Positions 1 to 13,922 of a stretch of 64,000 nucleotides of DNA are shown piece by piece. This DNA is from Eledone cirrhosa. Taxonomy: Eukaryota. Below the pieces are notes generated by a model. It ran no database searches, was not told the origin of the DNA, and saw nothing but the letters and a program-made list of their open reading frames with translations. The position numbers and the translations under genes are program-made. The stretch's first letter is position 1; each line of letters starts with the position of its first letter. Where the stretch lies: the NCBI GenBank assembly GCA_964016885.1, contig CAXHJY010000249.1:17910-81909 (forward strand), given 5' to 3'.

Positions 1-406
1 TTCAAGTCCTTCTGGGGCTTATAAAAGAATTAAAGAATTACTTATGTACTAGTGTCAATTCTATGGACAATATACAAGTTTGCTGTAAGTTATGCATATT
101 GCAGAATCAGGCTAGACAATTTTTTTTTCAAATTTCAGTTCTATATTTAAATGTCTTTATTGTAGTTTGAATTGATCTTACCTTACTTTAGAATGAATTT
201 TTTTTTTCAGTCTGAAATTTAAGTATTCCTCATTTAAAATGGACTGAGCTAAAATTTATGATCAGTAGAAAAATTTGTTTTTGTTTTTGTAGCACAAGGC
301 TAAAATGTGCTAAAATGTTTGTAGACTAACTACATACTGGTGTGTTAGTCTTTATACATTTTAGCACAAGGCTAACTACACACTGATATGTTAGTCTACA
401 TATATC

Positions 407-438
<32 letters not shown>

Positions 439-959
439 CATATTCAAATAAAAAATACCTGGCTAAGATAGAATACTACATTGAAACTAAGACAGCAACA
501 AATGTGTAGTTAAATGCTAATTTTTTATTTTTATTAAAAAAAATTTTTTTTTAGTCTTGTTTGTTGATATGAATTTGTAAGAACATCTGTTCATTTGTTT
601 CCTTTCGCTTGCAAAACTCAGCTTGTTTGGATTATTATTAAAATTAATGGATTATAGGTACAAATGGGAACCTATAACCACGTTATAGTTGTTGCAGATA
701 TTGAAACCAATTAGCCTCATTTTTTATTTCTATCACTGACTTCCACAACAGTACATGTTTCTGGTTTCTGACCCAGATGACTGTTAAATCTGGTGTTTAC
801 ATTAAGACATTTTTTTTATTTGAGTGTCCCATAAACATTTATTGTAATTAAACAAATTTCAATTAGATTATATATTGTTTGCATATATAATTAAATAGCA
901 AAAGTAAGGGAAAGGGGAGAAGGGAGCATCACTCTACTCCCCAGTCTGATATATCTCAG

Positions 960-1620
960 CTGTGAACATGGACAAAATGCCGAAGGCATTGCTGTGTAGA
1001 ACAGCCAGCAACACCTACTGCATCAGCTGCTCCACCTCATGGGGCTTCTTCCTCAGGTGGGATGCACTCCTGATTTTACAGAGGAAAATGTCGGTCTAGG
1101 GGCAGAGAACACTGGAGGTCTCTATGGCAACTGGCAAGAAAGGGGTCATTTGGTCCAAGTCCCAGTATTTGGCTGTTTTTCTCTCCTCAGTGTTACTGGC
1201 AGCAGTGTCCAGGTTTGTATCTGAAACAACAAAGTTGGAGGTGAAGAATGTGTTGCAGCACATGACATACCAGATTAGATATTCACCTCTCTCGAACAGG
1301 AAGAGGTTTATCCCATTTGGGTGCTTACCATCACCATGGGAGAGGCCAATAGGCTCCATCTGGGATAGGAAATTGGTCACATCAAAGTTTCATTCAATGT
1401 AGTGTGTCAAGGGAACTGGCCTACATTATGATAACAAGAGAGTGGATATAGTTCAAACTAGTTGACTATGGTTCCAGAATGGCATTCATGTGGCTCATGT
1501 GCGGAAGCTGAAACATGGAGGCACTTATCATCAAGAAGGGTACTAGTTGATGAAAATGGCACTGAATTGAGTTGTATTTCACTGCCTCGTTGGGAGGCAG
1601 GTATTAATCCAGGGGAGATT
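960..1620 (-). mobile_element. Decayed CRE-clade non-LTR retrotransposon C-terminus (zinc knuckle plus restriction-like endonuclease), intronic in Rab2; may extend to about 2330
   Basis: Minus-strand translation with frameshifts gives LNSVPFSSTSTLLDD..EPHECHSGTIVN..SC..H..LNE, then EPIGLSHGDGKHPNG..LIW..EERKTAKY..FLPVAIET..LAVLHSNA, matching the EP-L-R-DG-RPDG / PxAxET / QRGNA pattern of CRE-type RLE domains. Confidence 0.75.
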
Positions 1621-3099
1621 TAACCTGCACTTGATGTCATCCCCGTTCTGTTGGTAACCTGCATACTGGGGAAGAGTGAAACCATTGTCACTTCAAATAA
1701 CCAGAGCTGACTCAAGTTCCTGGTCTACTTCTGGTTCTGACATGTGGGTGTGGCTGAGGATAAAGGAAGATAAGTAGGCTGGCAATGCCAGGTAAAGCTG
1801 GACATGTGAAATGTTTTTAAATGTGTCAGGCATGACCACATCTTAGAAACATGTCAAAGATAAGCCTCACTCGATGTTCCTTTTTTAACCGGACATTCAG
1901 CGCACTCATTACTGGCAACATGATCACATGCACTACAAGTCAATTTTATAGTCAACACAGTCCACTAGCCTTCGGTATCCGGATAACATGACATTGTGTG
2001 TCTCTGTTGTCTCTGTCATTGATGACGTCTGAAAATCATCCCAGCCATCTCGCTTCTTGTTTAACATGATAAATGTGAGCTACAGCAAAACTCAATTTAA
2101 AAATGCTTTTCTCAGCATTCAGCCTGTCCTGACTGGTGTATGTCTAACTCTGAGAGATGAAACCTAAGTTCTCAACACTCCAATCTTTATGAAAGCCATA
2201 CAAGTGTGTCTGGTTTCAAATAAGCTGAGTTACGACTGAATAACTCTTTCTCTGTGTAGTACCTTGTCACCTTCACATGGATTGACTCCATCTGTCACTG
2301 CACTGAACCAATTTGTGAGGTTTAGTAGCCTAGACCTTAATGCAACATCTAATCTGGTCCCATAAATATTTGTGTTGAAAGTGTAGTTGTTCTCAACAGT
2401 AGTATTTGTTCACATAAATGAGTCACTTGGCCGTTATTCATAAGGTAGATGTCAATTGAGGTTTATACTCTTAAGAACATTGGGGACACATTATATGGAT
2501 TTAACAGGAAATAAAAATTAGCTCATGGGCTTGAGAACTTTGCAACATTATTAAAAGATTCTTGCATTTCTATAGCTGTGTATATATCTAAATATTAATC
2601 ACTGACAAGAAACTTTTCTAATGAGTGCTATAAATACAATATTTTGATTTATTTATTTCACAAATGACTGCTGCTGTTGAATCGAATTACGATGAAAACA
2701 TTTGCTATTAATGTGTCCAGTTTTCATTCCACTATCATACAATGATTATATCAAGTTAACTAACATTAGATTATCCACATTTTTCATTATCATCATCGTT
2801 TTTACACCTACCTTTCTTCACTTGCATGTGTTGGACAGGTTCAAGTTTATTTGTGGTATTTTGAATGAAACCTTGTGTAAATATCATTCGCGTGACCATT
2901 TTGTATGTTTTCTATGTTAGCTTTGGTCGAATAGGTCCAAGTGGTTCAAATCAGTTCTTATTCAGTGTTACATCTCACCTAGACAATGTTAGGCAGTGAT
3001 AGTTAAGAGAGGTACTGATAAAAGTGTGATGGTAGAAATATTGAATACAGACAGATCAAATCAAACACCATACCTTGATATACAGCTAGCATATAGTGA

Positions 3100-3560
3100 A
3101 CAGAAGAGAGTTGCTAGGCTTGCACTGGTGGGTGAATGTTTTAGTTTTCCAGCACTGCATCTGACCACTTGACATGATCCTTCATGAGGTTCAGCTGTCC
3201 TCAGTACTTTATACAATTGACATTCTCCACACAATTATACCAATACAGTCTAATTTCTTGCATATAACATTTGATACCTTTTATATTTAGCTTTTCTTTT
3301 GTGCTCTGCTGTTCATGCACACTAACATTTCACATCAAGTGGAGCATGCTTGCTTAATTTCTTTCTAGTCTTTGTCGGTCTGTATTTTGTTACCATGTAG
3401 TATTGCACTGCATGCACAGTTATCATGCAATCAGCTCTTTACTCTGACAAAGACCCTTTCTTACTGGTAGAGATAACTTCCTGAAATATTTCCACCCTGT
3501 TTTTACTCTGGCTACTATGCTTTTGAACACCCAGCACTAATTAGGTCACTTAGTTAACTA
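3100..3560 (-). mobile_element. RTE-clade LINE 3' fragment
   Basis: Minus translation LSDLISAGCSKSIVARVKTGWKYFRKL resembles the RTE post-RT region; same family as 14461-15085 and 21490-22078. Confidence 0.65.
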
Positions 3561-4402
3561 CTTCTAGTAATCTTTTCTAGTATTCAAAGGAATATATTTC
3601 ACGTGTATTTTTATTGTTATAATTACTCCTGTGCATCAGTCACATACAAAGTCTACCACACACCCCTATATATATATTGCTTTAATGCTTGATGTAGTAG
3701 GGAAAGAGTCTTAATGTTTCAGATGCTAGTCATTCATTGGAAGATAGAATGAGAGATAGATGAATGTAAGAATCTGAAACCTAAGAAGTCAACTGAGCAC
3801 ACACATGCACACACACTTACTTTATCTAAAATATGTGAGTATACTCAATTGACTTCTTAGGTTTCAGATTCAGACAAGACATATGGTAGAAGACACCCAT
3901 ATCTATATATTTAATATTCTCACCATTATAGTTTATTATGCAATATAAAATGCTGGCATGAATGATTCCTGCAAGAAATGTTATGGGAATCTATTGTTGT
4001 ATATCATCAATATAGTGGTTTTCTTAGACTTCTCTGTAATAGCCAGATAATTAATATGCCTAGCTGAGCTCTAGAACTGTTGCCCATACTTGCCAAGATC
4101 ATATCTCACTGAATATGTATTATTCATTTAATTATTTTCTTTTTTTTAAATTACATTATGAAGGTATGATTTTAAAAATAGAACTAAGTCAAGAAACAGG
4201 GCTTAGGTATAACTGGGAGGAAAAATTCTGAAAAGCAATACAGTTGATTTTATTTCAGATTTAGGCCAACTCTGGTATAAATATTTATCTCTATTTTGTT
4301 TTTTTACAAAATTGAATTATGAGCTTTCATTTTTTTTTTTTTTACAATGAATTTACTCTATAAATCTTTCCAAGCTTTAAAAGTAGGTTAATATTTTTTT
4401 AA

Positions 4403-4498
<96 letters not shown>

Positions 4499-5145
4499 TG
4501 AATTTGATATTAATTGCCACATCATTTGAGTAGGCACTGTTTCTTTTAGAAACAAACCTTAGTTGTATTTAACATTTAAATATGCTTCTGGTTTTTTTAG
4601 TTGTGATGTAATTTACTTTCAGCTGGTAAAAATGAGTTGCAGTGACACTGATGCTAAGTTGTATCAGTCTTTGGAAATATAAGTGGCATGCTGGGTGATT
4701 ACTGCTCTTCTGCAAAACAACACTGCTTAGGCTTGTGCCTCAGAGAGGCAAAGTCATGGGTGGATAAGCCATGAACAGTCATGAGCAAATGAAGCCTTTC
4801 TCTAGTTCCACAATTGTTATTTTATTATTTGTCTCTTGTCCTTAGCTAATCTTTAGGACTATAACTGTCTTGAGCTATTTTTAAAAAAATCAATAATGTA
4901 AATGAACCCCAATATTTCTTGGCCAGCCAGACTACCAATACTATTTTTGCCACAGATGTTTCCAATTACTTATTTGCAAGTCATTATTAGTTCATTCAAA
5001 GATAGTTTGGTTGGATTTGTTGAAAAGGACAAAATTTAAATCACTGTTTTAAGATTTAATTTCATTTTCAAAATTAAATATTATGCTCCAAAGTTTTTAA
5101 TCATTTCCTGTTTTATATTTTCATGAATTAAAATTATTTTATTAA

Positions 5146-5247
<102 letters not shown>

Positions 5248-6371
5248 TGAAGATTTTACTTATATCTCATTTGTGTGTGTGTACGTGTGTGTGTGTGTAT
5301 ATATAAACTCATATTCTAAACCCATGCTAGTGTGGAAGATAGACGTTAAACGATGATGATGATATATATACACACATGTAAGAGAGAGAAAGATGTTTTT
5401 TCATGCACATAAGCAAAATACATAATTTTTGCTTATTCCTGTTTATTTGACTGACAATAAGATTCCAGGCCAATTTTGTTGTGTGGCTCCTAGGAAAAGC
5501 ATCCACCTTAAAAAAAACTATGCCAATATGCCAAATGTTTTATTTTGAAAATATATAGATTATTGTAGGGATTTAGAAAATTAGTATTTAATGGAAAAAA
5601 TTATTCAATTACTAATTCTGTTGGTGAGATTATTGTTTAATTTCTGTTACTTCGTCTTCACTTCTATTTGAATTGCTTGGTTTTACATTTCTCTTGTGAA
5701 ATGAATGGATACCACAATTTCCAATAGCCCTAACTCTACAAGCATAAGTAAAATGTTATTAGTTTAATTGAAGCATTGTGATTAATATTCTTAAAATTGT
5801 TTTAGGAAAGCTAGTACAATGCTAGTTAGAAATAAAGGAGTTAGGACAGAACAAAATTACAGTTTACACTTTTACTTTATTATCTTAATGGACGTTAGAC
5901 AATAATTACTTGAACCATTTTATTTGCTTGAGACTTTATTCATATAAAAGTGAACATCAGTGTTATTGCATGATGCACAGTATTTTGAAGTAAAACACAC
6001 CAATCTGTTCACTTTACAAGTATTATACTTAACAAAGAAGTCTTTATTAATAAGTATAAGATTATTATTATTATGTTGATATATGTAATAAACTGTAACA
6101 ATAGCATGTTGGCTTTGAATCTTTAGAAAAAAAGTTTACGACAGCTGCAGATTATAGAATTCTAACCTAGGCTCTATTTTTTTTTTTTTTTTTTTTTTTG
6201 GGGATGGCTGCTCAGATCCCAGCTGTTAAACACTATACTGTTGATTGGTTGTGAAATAATTTTTTGATATGTTTTCTCTTAGTTTAAATTGCAGTTAATG
6301 TGAAACTATTCATCTCTCCAGGTAAACCAATTCCTGTCTAAACGGTTCAATGATTGTTAATTAATGGTAAT

Positions 6372-6596
6372 TGAATCCTTTAGCATTTAAACCAGCTGTA
6401 TCTGACCAGAATTCTCTCTCCTCTTTCTGTTTAAACTAGCTGTAATTGGCCACTCATAGTGATGTTAAGGTATTATTTTCAAAATAAATATCAAAATGTC
6501 ATAGATTCGATATTATGTGAGATAATTATGAGAGATAAAGCCCTTACCATGAAAATACAATACTAAATGTAGAGTAAAGTAAATGTTGAAGGGTTG
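6372..6596. mobile_element. piggyBac-type MITE, degenerate copy
   Basis: cctttagcattta ... aatgttgaagggtt termini; internal sequence is the reverse complement of the copies at 16614 and 35766. Confidence 0.55.
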
Positions 6597-7544
6597 GAAC
6601 AAGAGATGAAATAGGAAATTTTACACAGCTTTACATTTACAATACTCTTTATGTAGTAAATCAGTTTAGAACTTAGTATATTCTGATATTGTTCGGACAT
6701 ACCTGAGTGATCTTTTATTTATTTATCTCAAACACAAAGGAGTTATGTCCCCCTGTCTTATAAACTTTATTTTCCATACATTAAATGTATAGCTGAGCAA
6801 TTTATTCTTTTAAATACCAACTGCTGCTTAGTTTGAATTTAGCTTCTTAGATTTACCTTGTTTTTCAAGATTTGGCTTGTTAAAAATAAGATAAATTTCT
6901 TATTTAAAAAAAACGGTGTCTATGACACGAATAGACATAGTGTATAGATGTCGTATTAATTCTCTTAATAGAAAATAGGTTCTATTTTATAAAACCTATA
7001 GATTCCATATTCTAACCTCCATTATAACTATTGCTGTATGTTTTTATAGTATTTTATGGTCACTTTCTTTAGTAGTTCGACATGGTTTTTCTTTTTTTTT
7101 TTTAATTACATCTATTTTTAACTTTTACTCTTGGAGGTTCGTTTGTAAAAATCGATTTAAAATTTCATCTTGAAAATATTTGTATCATTATTTTTACATC
7201 TGCTCGCTGAACTGGCTTGTATTAGATTGTCGTTATAACCCAAGTCAGTTTTTAATCGGAGTTAATGCCCTTTTAGACATTTCAGACGACCACCTCTCAT
7301 ACATTCCTATTTTAGTATGATGTCTACAGTTAGATTCTCTTCCTAACACCAACCACTTTACAGAATTGTCTGTATATGATATTAAAATAGTAGTAATTCA
7401 TAATTATAGAATGATAGATATTTTAGTTGTGACTGTATTTAAAAACATATTTCCAATATTTGTAAAGTTAATTTATTCTGAAGTCTTTCAATTTAATTTT
7501 GTAAATAATTTTTTTTCTCTTTTAATGATTCAATTCCACCATAG

Positions 7545-7721
<177 letters not shown>

Positions 7722-8148
7722 TAACTTTTTTATTAACATATCTCTAATAATAATAAAAACACTACCTACAATTTTTCAATTAGTTTTAAAACTAATCAAG
7801 ATTTAGTAATATAACTTTGTGATTGTTAAGCAGGCATGTGGAGCTTAAGAAAGGCTCTTACATAAAATTATAATGGAAGGTTTCATTTTAAATATGAACA
7901 CTTGTAACAGGTTGTTGGTTAATTACACAATATCTCAAGTCATTAGAAAAATAAATAACCTTTTATAAATTGTATTTCTGAAATCTGTTTGACCATAAAA
8001 TAACATGAATTTCTTTTGTAAAATTAAATGAAAATTCTGAGAAATTATTTCAATATATATATATATATATATATATATTATTTGCTTTTTTGTTGTTTTG
8101 TATAGTTTAATGCTTATTTTAAAAGTTTTAATTGTATATTTTCTTTAG

Positions 8149-8217
8149 GCTTTCATTAACACTGCAAAAGAAATATACCAAAAGATTCAAGATGGTGTTT
8201 TTGACATTAATAATGAG
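8149..8217 (+). CDS. Rab2: Rab2 coding exon (AFINTAKEIYQKIQDGVFDINNE)
   Basis: ttctttag acceptor, gtttgt donor; 69 nt, phase 0. Confidence 0.96.
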
Positions 8218-8898
8218 GTTTGTTGATCTTATTTATTTATCTGGGGAAAAAAGGATAATCTTAGAATCTATATTGTCTGTTTATACAAAAACTAAGCTTT
8301 TTATTGCAAAATCAATGATTAGGGTGATCATCATCTTATTTCAAATAGTAGCACCCTAATCCTGGTTATTATCTAAACATGAATGCAATGTCTTCAAGAT
8401 AGAATTTTTGCTGCACTTTTACTCAGTATGAGTAAAAGTGAGGGTATTACATTGTAAACATGACATTGTATTCTTTGCCTTGATTTACCTGGCTAAAAAT
8501 TATCACATGTACTAAATAGATATTTGATAATTAATAAAACCTAATTGTAAGAACAAAGATAAATTTGAACAAGTGCAGCAGTCTCTAAGTGAATTTTTGA
8601 TTTGCGAGAGATAGCAATTAAATTCCCTAGAATTACACTGTACTTAAGGTCATATTGGACAATATAGCCCTAGATATTTTAAAATGACGTGATGGTTACG
8701 GTTGTAATGCCTTCAAAGTTTTGTTTGACCAGACCTGTCTTGGAACTTAGTCTGTGGTATATTCTATCTAGATCAAAATTTAAAATTGAGTACTTTTTCT
8801 TTGATAAGAATTAATGTTCATTTGATATCAATCTAAATTATTCTGATTTCCTTTCTGAATATATTTCAGTTTTAAAAAAAAATCTTTTTTTATTGCAG

Positions 8899-8994
8899 GC
8901 AAATGGAATCAAGATTGGTCCACAACATTCCAATGCCAACACCAACCTGCCTTCTGGTGGTGGTGGAGGAACCAATGGTAGTAACTGCTGCTGA
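8899..8994 (+). CDS. Rab2: Rab2 terminal coding exon (ANGIKIGPQHSNANTNLPSGGGGGTNGSNCC-stop)
   Basis: tattgcag acceptor; ANGIKIGPQH typical of Rab2; C-terminal CC geranylgeranylation motif followed by TGA. Confidence 0.97.
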   Translation, partial: ANGIKIGPQHSNANTNLPSGGGGGTNGSNCC

Positions 8995-9960
8995 ACTTAT
9001 GAGATTGGTTGGTGTCAATGAGCCGTTGGAAGCAGGATGCCAGAACTTGCTATTTGGTTGCTGACAAACCACCAGCCAAGAGACAAAAGTATGCCAAGGG
9101 ACAGTGTGACATCAACAACTACCACACTCTTCCAACTTTCTTAGTTTGTTCTGAATATAATTTCAGCCAAGTTCAGTAACCTTTAACATCCAGGTTTTTA
9201 TGCAAACTGAGTAAATTGAACTATTTTACTTATTTTCTAAACACTCTAAATGTTTGCATTTCTGGAAGGTTTCCTGAACCAACCATTGGTTAGAGATAAA
9301 CAATTGCACTTTCTTTAGTATTTATACATACATACATATTACAACTTCAAAAATACAGCAACCAACCCCCACACACACACACACATACAAGCATTGTTAC
9401 TATTTTACAATGGACTATATACAAATACACACACATTTAGTTATATTCTAAAGGGTATGTCTGTTCATGTTAATGTCAATTTTGGATGCATATATTCTGT
9501 GCATATGCTCATCCATGTAAAATTATGAGTATATAAATCATGATGGTAAAAGGAAAAAAAATAAGCTTGTCTTATAGATAGTTTGCTGTTTTCATTTTTA
9601 ATAAATTGTCCACTGTTAACTGTTCCTATACCTCGAAAATATAAATCTCAAGCTCATGTTCTAAAATTTTGAAAAGTGCAGTCAAAATTGATTCAATAAG
9701 TATATCATTTAGTTGGAAATCAGACATCTTCCATTTTTTTTTCATTTCAATGTGACCTCAAACTATTTCTCTTATTTGCTTTGCCCTACCCTTTTTATAT
9801 TTACTTGAATATAATGACACACCCAACCAGTATTCAAGCTTTACTGAGTTAAAACTAGCTTAAAACGTTGAATTTTGAAATACTAATTCCTGCTACATTC
9901 CAAACCTTTCTTTTCATTCAAGTCACTTTGTAGTCCAGATATTAGGAACCATAATAAAAA
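8995..9960 (+). other. Probable Rab2 3' UTR; end uncertain, with AATAAA candidates near 9600 and 9953
   Basis: Follows the stop codon; T-rich, poor in recognisable repeats; AATAAA hexamers present but the cleavage site cannot be determined. Confidence 0.5.
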
Positions 9961-10494
9961 GGATGTTTACAGAAGTCTGGTTTGCTTTCTATCATTGTTA
10001 GATTTAGCTGGTTTATTTAAGAAACGATTAAAACTGGCTTGTCGCAAAGTGAGAAAATAATCACTTCTATTTAAACAATATTATCAATTGTGAAATTAAG
10101 AGTCAAAGTATTTTAGTTTTGTAGTGTTATTGATAACATCTTTCAGAGCAGTAGTAAAAATTGAGATATATGAGCATATTCTCAAAAGAAATTTGTTTAA
10201 TTTTTATCATTTTTAAATATTGTCTTTGTGCATGTATCTAGAAATAAATTGTAGCTAACTTTCCTCATATCTGACTGACTGTAAATACTTATCTTAGAAA
10301 TAGTCATTGCTTTACTGACATTTTATCAAAGTTGAAGGAATTGGCAGTTATAGAATTAATTTCAATAATTGGATTTCTGAGTTTCACATGTTCTTTAAAA
10401 ATTTCCAAAGTCGACGACACAGGACATGACCTCTGGCATCACGCAGTAATACAGAAGACCCGACTTTCCATGGCTACAAGCTTAAGCATATAGA

Positions 10495-10662
10495 CAATAT
10501 GCCCCACCCCCTCCCACTGCAAAGTGGTTGTGGAGGTGTCACAGAAAAAAAGTACCTAGCTGTAGAAATCAAGCCAAAAATCACCTGACTTGGCAGTGCC
10601 CACAAGACAACCTGTCCAACCCATGCTAGCGTGGAAGAATGGACATAAAACGGTGATGATAA
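10495..10662 (+). mobile_element. 3' part of SINE with RTE-type tail
   Basis: Shares aaagtggttgtggaggtg..agctgtagaaatc with the SINEs at 19852 and 61085; ends ccaacccatgctagcgtggaagaatggacataaaacggtgatgat. Confidence 0.7.
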
Positions 10663-12975
10663 TGAATTTAATTTATCAACTCCACTGGAAGTACCATGAT
10701 TAATTTTAGTCAACAGGCAGATTATCAAATGTTCTATAGTGAGAATATGTAGATAATGTCAAGACTGATAAGATATTTATGAATCAACATTTGTCAGGAA
10801 AAGAAAAATTGAAGACCTAATATACATTTTAAATATTTTTTATTTTTCAAAAACTATATGGCTGCATATCCAACTTCTTTTTCCCCATTCAACTGAAATT
10901 TACCTGTAAAAAAAAGAAAATTGAAGTTAGATTTCCTCAATGTATCACCTACAAAATACTTGTACATGAAACTAAAGCTCATCATATCAATATCACCTAA
11001 AGCAAATGGTAACGTTTGTTTTAGTGTAGCAATATATACTATATGGGTTGCTACAAAGTTATCAGCCCAATTCAACCCATCCATGCCAGTATGGAAAAAA
11101 CAAACAATTTAGACTGAATAGCAAATCTTACTAGTTTTGATTTACCAATAGTAATAAATATCTTGACAAATTAGTTATTGAACTATTTTTCTCTTGTATT
11201 TCATAAGTTCATATTTAAGACATTTAAAAGCAAAACTGTTTTAACATTTAGTTCTAATGCTGTACAATGTTTTGCATTCTGATCTGAATTTCTCAGCATA
11301 ACTATGAGGGCAGTATATTTAAAAAAAAACAAACTTAACAGCCTAAACCATTTTGAGACCAATCCGCCTGAAACTGCCTCGGGCTTTCTTATGAAATTTC
11401 TAAATTTAATCCTTCCCATGTTCCAAGCAACAGCTTAATTATGAAAAGGTTGCTTATGTTACTAAATCCTTCCAAATTTATAGAAATACATTGTACTTCA
11501 TTAGAAATGTGTAACAAAATACAATTGCTAAGCTTCATTGAGTTTGATTGCCACCAAAGACTAGCATTTTATTTTATGGTAAAGTTGCAACAATTATATA
11601 GTTAAATTTCACTTTTCTAGATATCTATAGATAAAAAGGCTTTAATGTTTAGTGAGGAAGGTAAGAACAGTGCCAATGAGACTGATAGAAATATAACCAT
11701 TAGGTCCACACTGTTGCAAGGATAAGTTGTGGTGTTAAACGAGACAACTGATTAAATCTACCACAGCAAGATTTAAACTCAGAATACAAAGACCCAGAAT
11801 AAATGTCTGAATCTATAATAATCCCACCAATTCACAGCTCTAGCTTTATTGATCTTGATAGGATGGAACATAGGCATTTTGTATCACTCTGTAGAATAAG
11901 CAATTAATCCTGCTGAGGTAAACTTTGTCATCCTTTCGAGGTCAATTTAAAAAAAAAATACCAGTCTAGTATTGAGGTTGATTCTTTTTCTCACTTCCTA
12001 TATACTTCTCTGGAAGAATTCTGTGTTTAGACCCAGAGCTTAATATGCCCAAGAAGTGTATGCCACTAGGGCACACCTACAACTCCATGAATTACTGGAC
12101 CATACCACACCCATCCCCTGCCATATAAAAATGAAAAACCTATATTAAAATGGCAAGTTTCTTAACATCCAATTTATGGAATCAGTTTTGAATTCCCCTT
12201 CACACTGAGTATAGATTAATTTAAGATATTCTTAATAACTTATCAAAGCTTACTTAAGTAATAAACATGCACCTGACTCATATCTACATGTCATTGTCAA
12301 TTCGCTACCTGCAAAATTATGTAGAGTTAGAACATCAAATGGGATGCTTGAGTTTTTTGATCCTGCAGAGATCAATTTATCCTTTTACCATTTCAAGGTT
12401 AAAAAAAAAAAAAAAGGTACCAGTCTAGTACTGGGGTCGATTCTTGCTCTATATCTGTCTTTCCCCTTCTCTGGAAGAAACCTCTGTTCAGACATGGAGT
12501 AGGATATGCTTCTCTAGATTTAAAATGCCCAAGACCCCTATTATTCCATCAGTTACATAATTCTGCCGGTTTTACTCGGTTGATTAGTTAAGGCTCCATA
12601 ATAAGAAAGATGTCTAGACTTTAACCCTTTAAACACCAGCCCACACAAAATCAGATCTATTAAAGGACAATTTTAGATTGCAGTAGTTCAATATTTGTCT
12701 TCTATTATGTTAGGATAGTCACAGCTGGCATGCCTCTATCTTTTTTCAGACAGTATATCTAAGACTAAATCTGAACCAATTTATTCCAAATTAAGGTTAT
12801 GTAATTGTCTTAATTTATCATGCAATGAAGTGGGGGTGCTATTCTAGGGAAGCATTGGAGAGAGAGGTCGGTTATCAAGAGTGTCAATTTGCAGGTTAGA
12901 TGGATTCATCCTGATAATAATTAATGAAATTAATAATGAAAATTATTGTGTACAGTGCTCAGAATTATTTTTACT

Positions 12976-13160
12976 GCAGGTGCATGGCTTAGTGGTTAGA
13001 GAATTGGATTTGTAGTCATGAGGTTGCAAGTTCGATTCCTGGACCAAGCAATGAATTATTTCACATTGCTCTTTCTGCTAGTTGTGACCAGTAGATAGTA
13101 TCAGCAATGAAAAGACCAATGGAAACATTGTTTCCTTGGACCAATCTGACGAGATCCACT
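12976..13160 (+). mobile_element. tRNA-derived SINE (same subfamily as 16890-17090)
   Basis: A box tggcttagtgg, B box gttcgattcc; shared tail aaagaccaatggaaacattgtttccttgg. Confidence 0.75.
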
Positions 13161-13922
13161 CCACTTGGCAAGCGAATGAGTCTGGAATCTTGATCGTTCC
13201 AATGTGGTGTGATGTAATGATTTGTGTGTCTTATGATGCCTTTATTGCATTCTGTTATTAGCCCAAACCACCACTATGCATGTCTTGCTTTATGAAGGTG
13301 AAAGCCAGAGGAACATGGTGGAGACACCTGTTTAATCTTGGAGAGCCATATTATCTATTCACAAATATTGCTTGATTACATACATCACCACATACTCTAT
13401 TTCACCTTAAATTACAAAGAAGAATCTGAATGCATATTGTAGGTTGAAGATAGCTGTTATTTGCCACAAAAGCTCTTCACACTCATTTCACAAGAAAAAT
13501 ATGACCAACAAAACTCAAATAGAAAAGATAAAAACAGCTATACACAAATAGAGTAATGAAGAATTTAACATCTAAACAAAGTAGCCTCTTAATAAGACAA
13601 AGAAAATTTATCACACCAGTGTATGTAGAATCTTTATATATGCATATATTCCTCTCTTTATTGATGTAGTACATGTGAATAACTATCTTTGCTGGGGAGG
13701 TCTAATGACACTGAAACATGGCCAGAGTTATCACCACACCAACCAAATAGACTATTCTTTCCCTCACTATTTCATATCCAATTTTACTTACTAGAGATTC
13801 TGGTGAGTCAACTCATATCTAAAAAAATTGTTTCTTTTTTTAGATGTTGGCCTAGTATTGAATAATTGAAGTTATCATGCTCATCACAAGAACAGTAAAT
13901 TTATTTTGCTGTTGATGTTAAA

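Noticed and set aside
12976-13050. tRNA-like sequences with A and B boxes, here and at other SINE heads
   Set aside because: No complete cloverleaf, and they continue into SINE bodies, so they are not tRNA genes
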